Shown: piece by piece, positions 1 through 15,129 of the stretch
Layout: every line of letters begins with the position of its first letter
Position numbering within the stretch: the first letter of the stretch is position 1
DNA from: Octopus sinensis
Taxonomy: Eukaryota
DNA length: 64,000 nucleotides
Direction: 5' to 3'
Assembly (NCBI RefSeq): GCF_006345805.1
Contig: NW_021832536.1
Location: forward strand, 1-64,000
Notes under the pieces: model-generated
The model's database searches: none
Told to the model about the DNA's origin: nothing
The model's input: the letters and a program-made list of their open reading frames with translations, nothing else
Program-made: the position numbers and the translations under genes

Positions 1-229
1 TACACACACACCACAATAGTATGCCCCACCCACGTAATAATTAAGTCTGTCGTAAACCAGGTTAAAACATTTTCCCAAATGCTAACCGTAGCTATTTGAC
101 ATTATAAGTACATCAGGCTACATTTTACATTACACCCCGACGCCAAGAAGAAAGGCATGTACATCTCTTAATGATAGCTTCCATCAGCCTGTTATTACGT
201 CATTAGGTGTTAAATCTTATTTGATAATA

Positions 230-371
230 TAACATATGTATATATATATTATAATATATATACATAATACACACGTAACACACACACATACTTTCATGTT
301 TCATTTATACAACTATGAAATGATTATTATCAAACGTACATAATGAACAGAGACACACCCCCATTATATAC

Positions 372-409
<38 letters not shown>

Positions 410-508
410 TCATAGACACACATACACTCGTGTGTGCATGTATATGTGTATCTATATATATATATATATAATATATAATATATATATATATACACACGAT
501 TCATGTGG

Positions 509-560
<52 letters not shown>

Positions 561-2617
561 TTATCATAGTACAAACGACCGTGTGTGTATGTATGTGTGT
601 GGTAATAATATATATATATCGTTCATAGACCACACATAGACTGGTGTGTGGCATGTATGTATATATATATATATACAACACCACATACACACACGAGTCA
701 TGTGTATATATATACGTATATATCGTTATCATAGATACCCATACGACTCGTGTGTATTTATGTGTGTATATATATATATATATATACACACGAGTCATGT
801 ATATATATATACATATATAAATATATACACACACACGAGTCATGTATAGATATATATATATATATATATATATAGATATATACACACCACGACACAAAGA
901 AGAGAACCTCTACGTACTCGAACAGCCTGCTAAAAATAGCGGCCAAATCACTCTCAAACCAAACATGCCATACCTTAAAAAAAAAAAGGCAGGAGCACAA
1001 CAGTGCCGTGTGCTAAACAACTAACTACACCGTGTCTAAAATTAAGACGAGATGGTCACAGATGGAAAGACTACGGCTACAGGTTTGCTCGATCAGAGAT
1101 GACCCGGGGGTTAAACAACACACCCACATGTATGTATATTATCTATATACACATACATACAGATAATTTTAGAATATTCAATTTCACAAGTCCATATATA
1201 TATATTACATATTATATAACTCATAACTTCAGTAATCTGCATTTCCCTATCTACGCAAAAAAAGCAAAGTATACAAAGGTGTATATATATGTAATATATA
1301 TATATTTATATATATATCATATATATTATATATATATATAACGGACTGGCTGCCGGTAGAATGTGAGCTCAATTCGCGCGGTGGTAAAGTAATTTTATTA
1401 GTATTCCAGGGCAGGATAACTTCGTTCTTGACGTCAGTTTACCTGGGTGGATGGTTACGGGTAGTGATGGTCATTCATGATGGGAGTGGGAAAAGAATGG
1501 AGATACGCAATCTTAAAAAACAGAAAGAGGAATCCTTTAAATCACTTTAAATCGACTTCTGAAATGCGGAGCCAAGCACCAAAGGGTGCCTGTACGAACC
1601 TCTGTAAATTCACCCGAAAAGTACTTATCAAGACACACACGCACACAAAAGTGTAGTCTATGCGGGTGTGTGTGTGTGTGTGTAAATATATATATATATA
1701 TATGTATGTATGTATGTATATGTATGTATGTGTATATATATGTGTATGTATGTGTATATATATGTGTATGTATGTATGTATATGTATGTATGTATGTGTA
1801 TATATATGTGTATGTATGTGTATATATATTATATGTATGTATGTGTATATATATATATTGTGTATGTATGTTGTATATATATATATATATGTATTTTATG
1901 TATATATATATATGTGTTATGTATTATATATATATGTGTATATATGTAGTATATATATATGTGTATGTATGTATATATCTGTGGTATGTATGTCATATAT
2001 ATTATGTGTTATGTATGTATATACCTATATGTGTATGTATGTATATATATATGTATGTATGTATATATATTATATGTATGTTTATAGATAATATATTATG
2101 TATGTATTCTATGTATGTAGTATGTTTATGTATGTATGTATGTGTATATATAATATGTATGTATGTGTATATATATATGTATGTATGTTATATATAATGT
2201 ATGTATATATATATATATATATGTGTATGTATATATAATATATAATATATTAGTATGTATATATATATATATATATGTATGTATATATATATATAATATA
2301 TATTTTTATATATATATATATGTATGTATGTATATTATATATGTTAGATTATATATTATATATATATATGTATGTATGATATCTATATATCGATATTTAT
2401 GTATGTATATATCTATATATGTATGTCTATATATATATATAGGTCTGTTATATATATATAGATATGTATAGATCCTATATATATATGTATGTATATATTT
2501 ATGTCTGTATGTATATAGATAGATTATATATATATAGGTATCTATATATATATATATATGTATATATATGTATGTATGTATGTATATCTATATATATATA
2601 TTATATATGTCTGTATG

Positions 2618-2648
<31 letters not shown>

Positions 2649-4824
2649 AATATAGGCATTCTATACACACACACAACAGACACCAGTGAGAGAGAGCAAG
2701 GGTGTTGAGGACAAAATAAATGCCCGTGTTCGTAGGCGGGGGGGGGGTGACAATTTTTTTTTATGTAGATCAAAGGTTTAAAACCACGAAGTTCGGGTTG
2801 GGCCAAAAAAAAAAAACGCACGTTGTGGGGTTTCGCCCCACCCACTCAAGGTCTTTACCAACAACGTTACGCAAAAACTAAATCACTTCACGCCATTATT
2901 ATCATTTTCCCGTAAAGGCCGTCGTCGGTTTTGGCGATGATGATGATGAAGATGATGATGGTTAATGGTGATAATAAACCAACATCCTGCTAAAGATTTA
3001 AACCGCAATGCTAACAACGTTCAGTGTACGTATTATAAACACCTGGGTATTGATTACACACACAAAATATTAGTTTATTTCTGTTCAGTTCATTAAAATT
3101 CCCTTTACACAAGTGTTTTCTTCGAAGATAATTTTTCTAGTATTAAAATATGCTACAGCAGATTATATATATATATATATATATATATTATAGATATATA
3201 TATATATATATATCTACGTATTATATATAATATATACGTATATATAATACGTATATATATATACATATACATATATATACGTAATAATATACGTATATAT
3301 ATATATACATATATACATATATATCTATATATATCCGTAATATATACATATATACACATATACGTATATATACGTATATATATATATATATATATAGTAT
3401 ATACGTATATACATACATATATACCTTTATACGTCTATACATATATATATACGTATACATATATACTATATATATACATATATATATACATATATACGTA
3501 TATATACATATATATTCGTATATACATATATATACGTATATACATACATATATATACGTATCTACATACTATATATACATATACATACATATTATACGTA
3601 TATACATACATATATATACGTATATACATACTATATACATATAGACGTATATACTACATATATACATATCTATACGTATATACATACATATATATATATA
3701 TACGTATATACATACATAATATATATAAATATATACATACCTATACATATATATATGTATATACATACATATATATATGTATATATATACATATATACTA
3801 TATTATATATATACATATATATAATTGTATATATACATCCATATATATATCATATATAACACATATATAATGTATACATATATACGTATATATACATATA
3901 TATATATATATAATAATATATACCTATACTTTATATACATATATATACGTATATATATACATATATATATATATATACATTACATATATATACACATATA
4001 TGTATACATATATATACGATATATACTAGAATCTCTATATATATATATACATAATATATATTATACATATATACATATATATATATATACATATATATAG
4101 ATATACATATCCTATAATATATATGTTATATATATACATATCTATATACATACATATATCTATTTATACTTATATATACTTATATAACATATATATACAT
4201 ACATATATATACATATACATATATATACCTACATATATATATTGATACATATATATACACATAATATACATATATATATATATATATACATTATATATAT
4301 ATACATATATATATATACATATATACATATATATACTACTACATATAGAGACATATATATATATACAATATATATATATACATATATAATATCATATATA
4401 TATATATACATATATTATATACATAATATATATAATATATACATATATATACATACTACCATATATATACATACTATATCTATATATATATACATACATA
4501 CATACATCATATATATCTATATATACATACATACATATATATATTATACCTATATATACATATAATATATATATATCCATACATACATATATATATATAT
4601 ATATACATACATACATACTATATAATATATATACATACTATTATATACATATACATACATACATATATATATATAACAATACTACATATATATATATATA
4701 TACATACATACATACTATATATATATAATATACATACATATATATATATATCATACATATATATATATATATATACATACATACATATATATATATAATA
4801 CAACATACATATATTAATATATAT

Positions 4825-4857
<33 letters not shown>

Positions 4858-4994
4858 CATACATATACATATATATAATATATACATATATATATATATA
4901 CATACATATATATATAATATATATAATACATATAACATATAGATATACATACATATATATATATATATACATACATATATAATATATTACATAC

Positions 4995-5033
<39 letters not shown>

Positions 5034-5560
5034 CATACATATATATATATATATATACATACATATATATATATATATCAATACATATATATATGTATAC
5101 ATACATAATATATGTATACATACATATATATTTATACATATATATATGTATACACATATATAAATATAACATACATATATAATAATATACATATATATAT
5201 ATATACATACATATATATATCATACATATATATATATACATATTATATATATACTACATATATATATGTTGTCTATGTATATATGTATATATATACCTAT
5301 ATATATGTTCTATATATACATATCCAATATATATGTATGTATATATATATATATATGTATATATATATAATATATATAGGTATATATATATATATACATA
5401 TCCTATATATATGTATATATATATATACATATACATATATACATATGCATATTATATATCATATATATATCTGCATATATATAGTCATATACATAGATAC
5501 CTATGCATATATATATATACATAATATATATGCATAATATATATACATAGACTATAGGTT
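230..5560. repeat. Compound (TA)n/(CATA)n/(TATG)n microsatellite field with short unique islands
   Basis: Direct reading; source of the Y/I/C/V/M-rich pseudo-ORFs. Confidence 0.95.
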
Positions 5561-6199
5561 ATTTATTTCCGTAACCTGCCTTCGTCTTTGCTATATAAAG
5601 CTTCCTTTATATACCTATATAAATACATATATATATATACTATACATATATATGTATATATAACGGAAGCTTTATGAAATAGACATATATATATAATATA
5701 CATATATATAGATAATATATATAATCTATTTAATTATCATATATTTCCCTCTAATATCTATGAAAAGAACCACTATTGGACACCCTTATGCTAAAATAGA
5801 TCCACATAGTGTTTTCCCTCTAATATGTATATATGACATTTTACTGAACCTTCAGTTTTTTTATATCTACACCACTGGTGTGAAATCGATGTTAATTAAA
5901 TAATATCTAATTTCTCACCCTTATTGATATATATATATGCATATATATACATACACACAGAAGTTAGAAGGTGACTGTGGACAGTATGTGTGTATAATGG
6001 TATATTACGACAGACAAGAAACCTAAGATGGTGAGAATGAAACCAGTCGAACAACCGAGATGTGGAAGAAGTATATATATATAAGTGTGTGTGTGTATGA
6101 AGTCTTAATAAGACTTCATACACACACACACTTATATACATCTTTTCCACATTGTATGCATAACACAGGTGTGCGTGTCTAGAATCTCAACACAAAAAT

Positions 6200-6207
6200 G
6201 TGTATGC

Positions 6208-6261
<54 letters not shown>

Positions 6262-6470
6262 AATATACACACATGCGTTGTGTATAAGAGAAAATAATCT
6301 CTCTATACAAATACGACGGGTGCGTATGTGTTAAGACATGAAGGTACTTAGAAGAAAAACGGCCGATCATTTGTTTACTGAAGATATATGGACTTATAAG
6401 AACGGAACAGATTCGTGGAAACCGAGTCGATTGGGAATGTGTGTGTATATATGTATATATATATACATAC

Positions 6471-6515
<45 letters not shown>

Positions 6516-6530
6516 CATACATATATACAT

Positions 6531-6561
<31 letters not shown>

Positions 6562-6777
6562 CATACATATATACATACACACACATATATATATATACAT
6601 ACATATATACATACACACACACATATATATATATATACATACATATATACATACACACATACATATATATATACATACCTATGATGATGATGATGATGAT
6701 ATATATATACATATATATATACATACATATATATATACATATATATATACACATAAATATACACATACATATACATA

Positions 6778-6809
<32 letters not shown>

Positions 6810-6900
6810 AATATACATACATAAATATACATACATATATATATACTATATATATATATATACATACATATATATGTGTGTGTGTGTGTGTGTATGTATG
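6200..6900. repeat. (TA)n/(CA)n/(CATA)n microsatellites
   Basis: Direct reading. Confidence 0.9.
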
Positions 6901-7292
6901 TGTAAGAAAAAATAACAAAATGGAGACTTTAAAGTTAATAAGAGTTTACCATAAGCAACTAATCAATCATTATTCCTTACAGCTGTTTCGATTATATATT
7001 TAATTAACTTCACTGTGTATAATCAAAGCAGCTGTAAGGGATAATGATTGATCTGTTGCTGATAATAAACTCTTGTCTGCTTCAAAACATCCATTTTCTT
7101 CTTCATTTTTACTTTGCATGAATACAAACTAGAGTTTATAGGCATACCTTTTATTTTAAGATCAATTCCCCCCTCAAATATTAAGTATTGAACCAGTATT
7201 TCTTTGGATGATACCATCCCTTCATGATGGCTACGATAATCTCTAACAGAATTATATATATGTATGTATGTATGAATGTATGTATATATATA

Positions 7293-7682
7293 GGCGCAGG
7301 AGTGGCTGTGTGGTAAGTAGCTTGTTTACCAACCACATAGTTCCGGGTTCAGTCCCACTGTGTGGCACCATGGGCAAGTGTCTTCTACTATAGCCTCGGG
7401 CCGACCAAAGCCTTGTGAGTGGATTTGGAAGATGGATACTGAAAGAAGCCCGTCGTATATATGTATATATATATATGCGTGTGTGTGTTTGTGTGTCTGT
7501 TTGTCCCCCTAGCATTGCTTGACAACCGATGCTGGTGTGTTTATGTCCCCGTTACTTAGCAGTTCGGCAAAAGAGACCAATAGAATAAGTACTGGGCTTA
7601 CAAAGAATAAGTCCTGGGATCGAGTTGCTCGATTAAAGGCGGTGCTCCAGCATGGCCACAGTAAAATGACTGAAACGTGTAA
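7293..7682 (+). mobile_element. SINE family A (head GGCGCAGGAGTGGCTGTGTGGTAAG, internal TA/TG microsatellite)
   Basis: A-box-like TGGCTGTGTGG and B-box-like GGTTCAGTCC; near-identical to more than 10 other copies in the window. Confidence 0.9.
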
Positions 7683-7690
7683 AAAGTGTA

Positions 7691-7725
<35 letters not shown>

Positions 7726-8290
7726 GGCCACACCTCGAATACTGCTGCCCACTGTGGTCTCCCCATACAAGACAAAACATCTCGAGGATTGAATCACCCC
7801 AGAGGACACTCACTAAACGAATTGAAGGCATGGCTGCTCTCGATTATTGGGACTACCTTAGGTTAAAGCCTTGAAACTCTACTCTCTCCAGCGTCGCCGT
7901 GAGCGGTACATCATATGTACGATGTGGAGAATATACCGCCAACTTTGCCCAAACGACCTGAACATTAGCTTCAAGGTTCATCCAAGACTTGGACCACGGG
8001 CCATACGTCCCCTGCCCAATTCAAGATCACAGCATACATGTACACTGCAACATAATTTCTTTTCCTCAACAGGCCCTGCCCTAATTAACATTGTCCCGAA
8101 AGAGATCAAAGAGGAAAAGGATCCCATCAACTTTAAACGGAGTCTGGATAGATTCTTTCAAGGAATACCAGATAAGCCACCCATAATTGGATACAACTCA
8201 CCCAACAAAAACTCACTACTTGAATGGACCATAAACAAAACTTGACTTAAACAGGATGTAGGTAATCCTATCAGGTGGTGCTATTAAGTT
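7726..8290 (+). mobile_element. CR1/L2-clade LINE ORF2 3' fragment, degenerate
   Basis: PHLEYCCPLWSP ... LKLYSLQRRRERY ... FKRSLDRFFQGIPDKP. Confidence 0.85.
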
Positions 8291-8768
8291 AGACATGGCC
8301 TGGACCAATCTTTGGTCGAAACATATCTAAGTTTATATATATATCTATATATATATATATATATATTTATATCTACATTTATATTTATATATATATTTAT
8401 ATATATATCTACATTAATATATATGTATATATACATATATTTATATATATCTATATTAATATATATATATCCAGCTGTAGAAACACTGCCAGATAAGACT
8501 GGAGCCTGGTGCAGCCTTCTGGCTTCCCAGTCGAACCGTCCAACCCATGCTAGCATGGAGAACGGACGTTAAACGACGATGATGATGATGATGATGATTC
8601 ATATATACATATATGCTAGCATGGAAAACGGACGCTAAACGATGATGATGATGATATTTATATATATTAAAATATATATTTATATATATTTTTTTCTTTT
8701 TCTTTATTCAGTTTCAGCTCAGAACTGTGGCCATGTTGGGGCATCGCTGTTTTGCTACACTGTTATTA

Positions 8769-9790
8769 TTAAGAGCCTCCTCTAATATTTGACATTTGGT
8801 GAATAAGGGAGCTTGATGTTGCTACCCTCATTTGCACCTCTTGCCGCAAAGTAGGTTCATCTGGGACTCTCGGCAGGAAGAGGTCCAGTTTTGATTTGAA
8901 AACACCTACATCCACTTTGCGTAGGTCCCTTAGGCTCTTTGGGAGAATACTAAAAAGCTGTGGGCGCCTGCCACCCAGGCTGTTGCAATAATTGGTGCTG
9001 AAGTGCAATGGCATTGCTGGGATCTTTGGCAGAGGTGCAGTGTCAACCTGTTCTGGCATTTGTCTAGCTTTCAATGCCAAAATTTGGCACAATTCCTTCC
9101 AAGATCTTCCAAATGTATATTTCTGCATACTTTTCCTGCATTCGCTCCAGGGAGAAGAGTCTTAGCTGTTTCAGCCTTTCCCACTAGCTGAGCTGTTGCA
9201 ATGAGATAACCTTTGTGAAGCTTTGCTGGATTGCTTCAAGGTCCACTGTTAATTTTAAACTGTTGGGTGACCCTGGCTAGGGGCAGTAATCCAGTGGCTG
9301 AGGACAAATGTCCTCCAGAGGTTTCCTTTTTTAAGGTTCTGAATGTTCTCAGGATCCATCCAACCAGTATCTTCTCTTTGTTGCCATCCTGGTAATGTGC
9401 ACATGGAAAGAGGTATCATCACTCATATCGATACCCAGGTCCCTCACTGATTTAGGCTCTGGGATTGTAATCCCCTGTGGACCAGAGTACCCTGTAAGTT
9501 TTATATTTAGTTTTGGATGCTGGTAGCACAGGGCATGGTATTTTTCAGCATTAAATTGCATATTATTGTCCTCTGCCCATCTGTAATTTGAGTCTAACTC
9601 CTGCAGCAGGAGTGCAACATCGCTGGGGTTCTGTGTTTTCTACGAGACTTTCGTAACGTCTGCAAAGCTAGCAAGGGTGGCTATCTGGACAGCTGAGGGC
9701 ATAACTGAGAGGGCTACTATGAAAAGCAGTGGTTCCAAGATAGTGCCCTGTAGAATATCACTCACTATTTCTGTTTACTTTGAGGTGGTT
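8769..9790 (-). mobile_element. CR1/L2-clade LINE reverse transcriptase fragment, degenerate
   Basis: ILQGTILEPLLF...FADVTKV, MQFNAEK, VRDLGI, FKSKLDLFLPRVPDEP. Confidence 0.85.
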
Positions 9791-9861
9791 CCACTGGCCA
9801 CTATTGCCTGAATTCTATCTTTTAGAAAGTCATATAAACATGCTACAAATTTTCCAGTTAA

Positions 9862-9892
<31 letters not shown>

Positions 9893-9894
9893 AT

Positions 9895-10160
9895 CTCGCC
9901 TTACTGGCACCTGTGCCATGTGTAAAAGGAGTCGAGCAGGGTCGTTGCCAAGTACCGCCTGACTGGCCCCCGTGCTGGTGGCATGTATAAGCACCCACAA
10001 CACTCTCGGAGTGGTTGGCATTAGGAAGTGCATCCAGCTGTAAAAACTCTGCCAGATCAAGACTGGAGTCCTGGTGCAGCCATCTGGTTCGCCAGCCCTC
10101 AGTCAAAATCGTCCAACCCATGCTAGCATGGAAAGCGGACGGTAAACGGTGACGATCAGC
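9895..10160 (+). mobile_element. RTE-LINE 3'UTR fragment (similar copies at about 8470-8600 +, 11218-11366 -, 19480-19650 +)
   Basis: GGAAGGGCATCCAGCTGTAGAAAC...CCAACCCATGCTAGCATGG with (GAT)n tail; the same sequence follows an RTE ORF end at 24420-25395. Confidence 0.8.
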
Positions 10161-11853
10161 ATGGCCGCGGCCTTCGGGCTAAAACATTTTTAAGGATTTA
10201 AGGATATATATACTAGCTAACATACGTAATTCCTGGGAAAGCGGGGCTTATCTATTGGTTCCATTCTCATAATTGTTTTGCTAATCCAATAACAACAGTA
10301 CAAAGTATGTAGCCCTTAAAATGTTTTTTGTGCATTTTCAGAGAATACCAAATTGTCTTACACAGGATCTTGTTTTAAGGAATTCCCAACAGGTTATGAA
10401 TACCCAAACTGTGAAGTCAGTTATGTAAAAACATGAAATTAGTTACCCGATAGTAAGAATTCAAATAAAGTAGCCCCGAAAAGGGGTTTAATGCGTTCCG
10501 AGAGTATATAGAACTTAGGAGGAAATACCAGTAAGGTATGTATACTAAAATCCCGAAGCATCTTACGTAATAACAGGTTAATCAGATATGAGATAATAAC
10601 AATTCAAAATAAATAACTCTGAAAAGGGCTTTTGTGCGTTCCCAGAGAATATTATCCTCAGCAGTTCTAGTGTTGGTATATTCGTGAATAAGTCACTAAC
10701 CTAAAAAAGTGGATCTTTTGTTTAGGAAAATACTATTTACTTAAGGGTTGCACTGGATAAATTGCGAAAATAACTCTAATAGTTCAAATACGAAGAAATA
10801 AGCATCTGTAATTTGATTTATACCAAATGATTTAGGAAAATGAATGGGTTATTTCCCTTGTCTGTTAAAATCTTGGCGAATGGGTTATTTCGTGTGGCTG
10901 TTAAAATGAAATATATTAGAATTATATATAAGGATCCCTTCCAGGGGCCCTATTATCGATTTTTTTTCTTCTCAACAATCTGAGTATGCCATGAGGTCTC
11001 CAGACATTAGTTCTACTCACATGTCAAGTTTCAGGAAAATCAAGAAACGATGTAGGAAACTCCAGAAACACAGACACAGACAGAATTTCTCATATATGTG
11101 TATATATGTGTATATATTATATATATGCATATATATATATGTATATATATATATATATGCATATATATATATGCATACATAATATATATATGCATATATA
11201 TATGCATATATATATGCATCATCATCATCATCATCGTTTAACGTCCGTTCTCCATGCTAGCATGGGTTGGACGGTTCGACCGGGGTTCTGGGAAGCCAGA
11301 AGGCTGCACCAGGCTCCAGTCTAATCTGGCAATGTTTCTACAGCTGGATGCCCTTCCTAACGCCAATATATATATATATGCATATATATATATATGCATA
11401 TATATATATATATATATGCATATATATATATATATATGCATATATATATATATGGGATATATATATATATATATATATGCATGTATATATATATGCATAT
11501 ATATATATATGCGCATATATATATATGTATATGTACATATATATGTTTATGTACATATATATGTATATATGTATATATATATATGTGTGTGTATATATAC
11601 ATATATGTATATTATTTATTTATTTTTCCGTGTTAATTGTTAACAAGGTAAAAATACACTCATCTATTTATATATATATAACAATTATTCGATAAATAAT
11701 TGTCAGATAGTTACAGATAAATTCCTGTATTTACATAATATCGAGGTCTCTTTCATTCTTTTGTTTTCTTACCGTATATATATATAATATGAATTAGAGA
11801 TAAAACCACTATTATGCAACTCAAACAGTGATAGACATCTATCTAGCTATCCA

Positions 11854-11903
<50 letters not shown>

Positions 11904-11955
11904 CCTGTTTGTTGTTTATTCACCTAGCTTCGTCTTTTGTTTTTCGGTAAATTTC

Positions 11956-12003
<48 letters not shown>

Positions 12004-12447
12004 GTTTGTTGTTTATACACTCAGTTTCGTCTTGTTTTTCTGTAAACACACACACACACATACATAATATATACATACACACACATAATAGGGACGTGTC
12101 TTTATTAAGGACTAACAGTGAATCCCACTTCAACTGCAATATAAGTGCTAATATGAACAAGTTAAAAATCGGTTTTTGCCCCGGGTTGTACTCCTGGCAA
12201 ACTATAATTAAGTATAAGCGGTTTCCTTTTAAATTTAATTTATCTATGTAACATTAAATAACAGCAAGGATTGCCTTTATTTATAAACCAGGAGCAAAGC
12301 CAATGTGAGTGTTAGAAATCTTTGAGGATTTAATATTTTTTAAGAAACTTATAATTTACCATGGTAAATCCAGCACGTGTGTTTATTGTTAAATTGATTA
12401 TGGGAGACTGCATGAATTGAAATTAAATAAACATTTTGTGTGCATGC

Positions 12448-12489
<42 letters not shown>

Positions 12490-12721
12490 TGTAATGCGTT
12501 TGAGGTGCTGGTTGACAGTTAATCTTTTCATATCTTGTGCCCTTCATTGGAATTATAATCCTGGAAGAGTTAAATCTGCTTAGAAGATTTTGGCTTCTTG
12601 GATTATAGTGATTTTGTTGTATATATTATTACTATACATTGATATTGTGTGACTGTCCTTCATAGGGCTTCCAACTTTGGTAAGGGTAATGCTTTATTTC
12701 TGGATTTCTAGTTTATAGGTT

Positions 12722-12962
12722 AGATTGATAGATAGGTAGATAGATAGATAGACAGATATATAGACAGATAGACAGATATATAGACAGATAGATATATAGA
12801 CAGATAGATATATAGATAGATAGACATATAGACAGATAGATAGACATATAGACAGATAGATAGACATATAGACAGATAGATAGATAGATATATAGGCAGA
12901 TAGATAGATAGATATATAGGCAGATAGACAGATAGACATATAGACAGATAGATAGATAGATA
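12722..12962. repeat. (GATA)n/(GACA)n compound microsatellite
   Basis: Direct reading. Confidence 0.95.
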
Positions 12963-13120
12963 TGTTTCTTTATTAGCCACACAGGGCTGCACACAGACGG
13001 GACAGATTACAAAGTAGAGAGCTTTTCTTTATGGGGATAAAAGAAAAAAAAATGGGGTAGGTTTGATAGATAGCTAGACAGATAAGCATATGTGTTTGTT
13101 AAAATAAAAGTAGTACTCAC

Positions 13121-13408
13121 CTGTGTTGTTAATCTGGGGTCCTGCCAAGTGGTTTGTTTGGTGTTGTGATCAATGTAATAAGGCCAGCCAGTGCTGGGGT
13201 CAATCCTCCGCTCCCATCCGACTGGTAGATCTCCAAGGTTCGAACCTCCGGCCGCCGCCCCACCCGGCGGTTCGTTGCCGTTGTTGTTGTTGGTGTTGTG
13301 ATGGGGGTACTGGTATTGCTGTTGATGGGGGCCACTGGCCGCCGTGCTCATGTTATTGTTGTTGTTGTTGTTGTGAGGTGGATGCGACATATGTCCCATT
13401 CCAGACAT
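13121..13408 (-). CDS. BAG3: BAG3-like co-chaperone, first coding exon (96 codons, WW domain); downstream exons not found in the window
   Basis: MSGMGH...[32 protein letters not shown]: N-terminal WW domain with the DPxTGWP signature of BAG3; phase-0 donor CAG|GTGAGT at 13120. BAG domain not seen. Confidence 0.7.
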
Positions 13409-13554
13409 AGCTGCCGCTCTACAGACAGCTGAGCCTGGCACTGCAGCTGAGTCCTCTCTCGCTCTTCCTCCTCCTCTTCCTAGCACTCCTACTCCGCCTA
13501 TCCTTCTACCGCCTCCTCTCTCTGCTACTCCGCCCGAATCTCCGCCTCCGTATA

Positions 13555-13650
13555 TTAATGATGATGATGATGATGGTGGTGGTGGTAGAGGCGGTGAACT
13601 TTCATAAGGCGATGGGTAAATTGGTGATGGTGGTGGCGGCGAACTTTCAT
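13555..13650 (-). other. His-rich upstream ORF, 31 aa ([31 protein letters not shown])
   Basis: ATGs at 13650 and 13605 in one frame, TAA ending at 13555; out of frame with the BAG3-like CDS. Confidence 0.4.
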
Positions 13651-14031
13651 ATGGCGATGGATAAATTGGACAATCTAATATAAAATAATATATATATATA
13701 TATTATAGTAACTATATATATGTGGCTGTATGTGTGTGTGTAAATTTGATTTGAAATTAAACTCCTATAAGAAATATCTAGACTACAAAATATACGTTAA
13801 GTTGATGAGGCGATCTGTTTCCTTACAAAATTTAAAGTAAATGAATTTCTTTGAGATATACAAAATTAATTTTATATATCTCAATTAATTTTACGGTCTC
13901 CCCCGGGGCAAAACCAAGTGTTTATTTTCTTTTTGTTGGAAATATATAGAAAAGAAAAAAAAAAAACCCTACCCCAAAACAAAACAGTAAAGAACCAGAA
14001 CTTCTAAGCAAGATGACACACAGAACAATAA

Positions 14032-14051
14032 ATTCCAGGATATTCTAGAAA
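14032..14051. promoter_or_regulatory. Candidate heat shock element (4 units)
   Basis: aTTCc aGGAt aTTCt aGAAa: alternating nGAAn units with one mismatch, upstream of the BAG3-like gene. Confidence 0.45.
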
Positions 14052-14509
14052 AATATTAAATAATAATCATTCATAATTTTCCAGTTAAGTTTCTTGATGT
14101 TGTTGGTGGTGTTTTTTTGTTTGTTGTTTTCTTTTTGTAGGGTCCTTTTTAGCGTATGTGGCCCTTATTAGGGTGCATAGATAGGGAAATTTACAGTATA
14201 TGACCCTTATATAGAAGAAGGAAGGATTTCTTTTTCACAATATGTTGCGCTTATAAAGAAGATTTGTAAAGGTTTACAGTAATGTGGTCCTTATATTTTT
14301 TGGTGGGGGACAGGTTTTGTGTTTCAAACTCCCACAGTGGAAAAAAAAACATAATATTTTGGGTTTTTTTTCTCTTTTTTTTAATCCGTGTTTCCTTCAA
14401 GTAATAGCTTTTGTTATTATATAGATTATATATAATAATAATTTCGTGTTGAAGTAACCAGTAGTGTTTTAAACTACCGAAATACACAACAGTCAAGCAA
14501 CCCTATATA

Positions 14510-14945
14510 TAGAGAGAAGGAGAGGAGAAAATAGAGGGACTAAAAGCGAAGAGGGAGGGGGATGTATGGAGAAAGAGAGGAAAAAATAGAGAGACTAAAA
14601 GCGAAGAGTGAGGGGGATGTATAGAGAGACTAAAAGCAAAGACCGAAGGGAAGGGGATGTATAGAGAGAAGGGGAGGAAAAAATAAAGAGACTAAAAGCA
14701 AAGAGCGAGGGGGATGTATAGAGAAAGAGAGGAAAAAATAGAGACTAAAAGCGAAGACGGAGGCGGATATATAGAGAGACTAAAAGCAAAGACGGAGGGA
14801 GGATGTATAGAGAGAAAGGGAGGAGAAAATAGAGGGAGACTATAAGCGAAGAAGGAGGGAGGAGAATGAAGAAAAAGTGATATAAGAAAACGGGGGATGA
14901 CGAGGAGATGGAGGAGGAGGAGGAGGAGGAAGAAACTAAGAGAGA
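14510..14945. repeat. Purine-rich minisatellite (GAGACTAAAAGCGAAG...GGGGATGTATAGAG units)
   Basis: About 6-7 imperfect tandem units. Confidence 0.85.
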
Positions 14946-15032
14946 GTGAGAACCGTTCAACTCTCCTTTAGAGGTGGTGGTGGTGGTCGAGGGAAGAAGG
15001 GGAGGTAAACTGATGCTGATGTTTTTACTTAC

Positions 15033-15055
15033 AGAACATTCTTCTAGAATATTAC
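15033..15055. promoter_or_regulatory. Candidate overlapping heat shock elements beside a minus-strand splice donor
   Basis: aGAAc aTTCt and cTTCt aGAAt aTTAc; TCT|GTAAGT donor on the minus strand at 15032. Confidence 0.4.
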
Positions 15056-15129
15056 AACAAACTCTCGAATGATCTGGTAGGTTTTGTGAGACACCTAGCG
15101 GCGGAGGTCAACGACAAACTCAATTACCT

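Noticed and set aside
860-2900. Unique-looking islands among the TA tracts (about 860-1120, 1340-1640, 2655-2900) as exons or ncRNAs
   Set aside because: No convincing splice or homology signal; they look like decayed repeats or noisy consensus sequence
373-6918. Numerous Y/I/C/V/M/H/T-rich ORFs (also at about 11.0-11.7 kb and 61.6-62.1 kb)
   Set aside because: Translations of (TA)n, (CA)n and (TG)n microsatellites
13409-13486. N-terminal extension of the BAG3-like ORF from the track start at 13486
   Set aside because: That start is GTG; the first in-frame ATG is 13408
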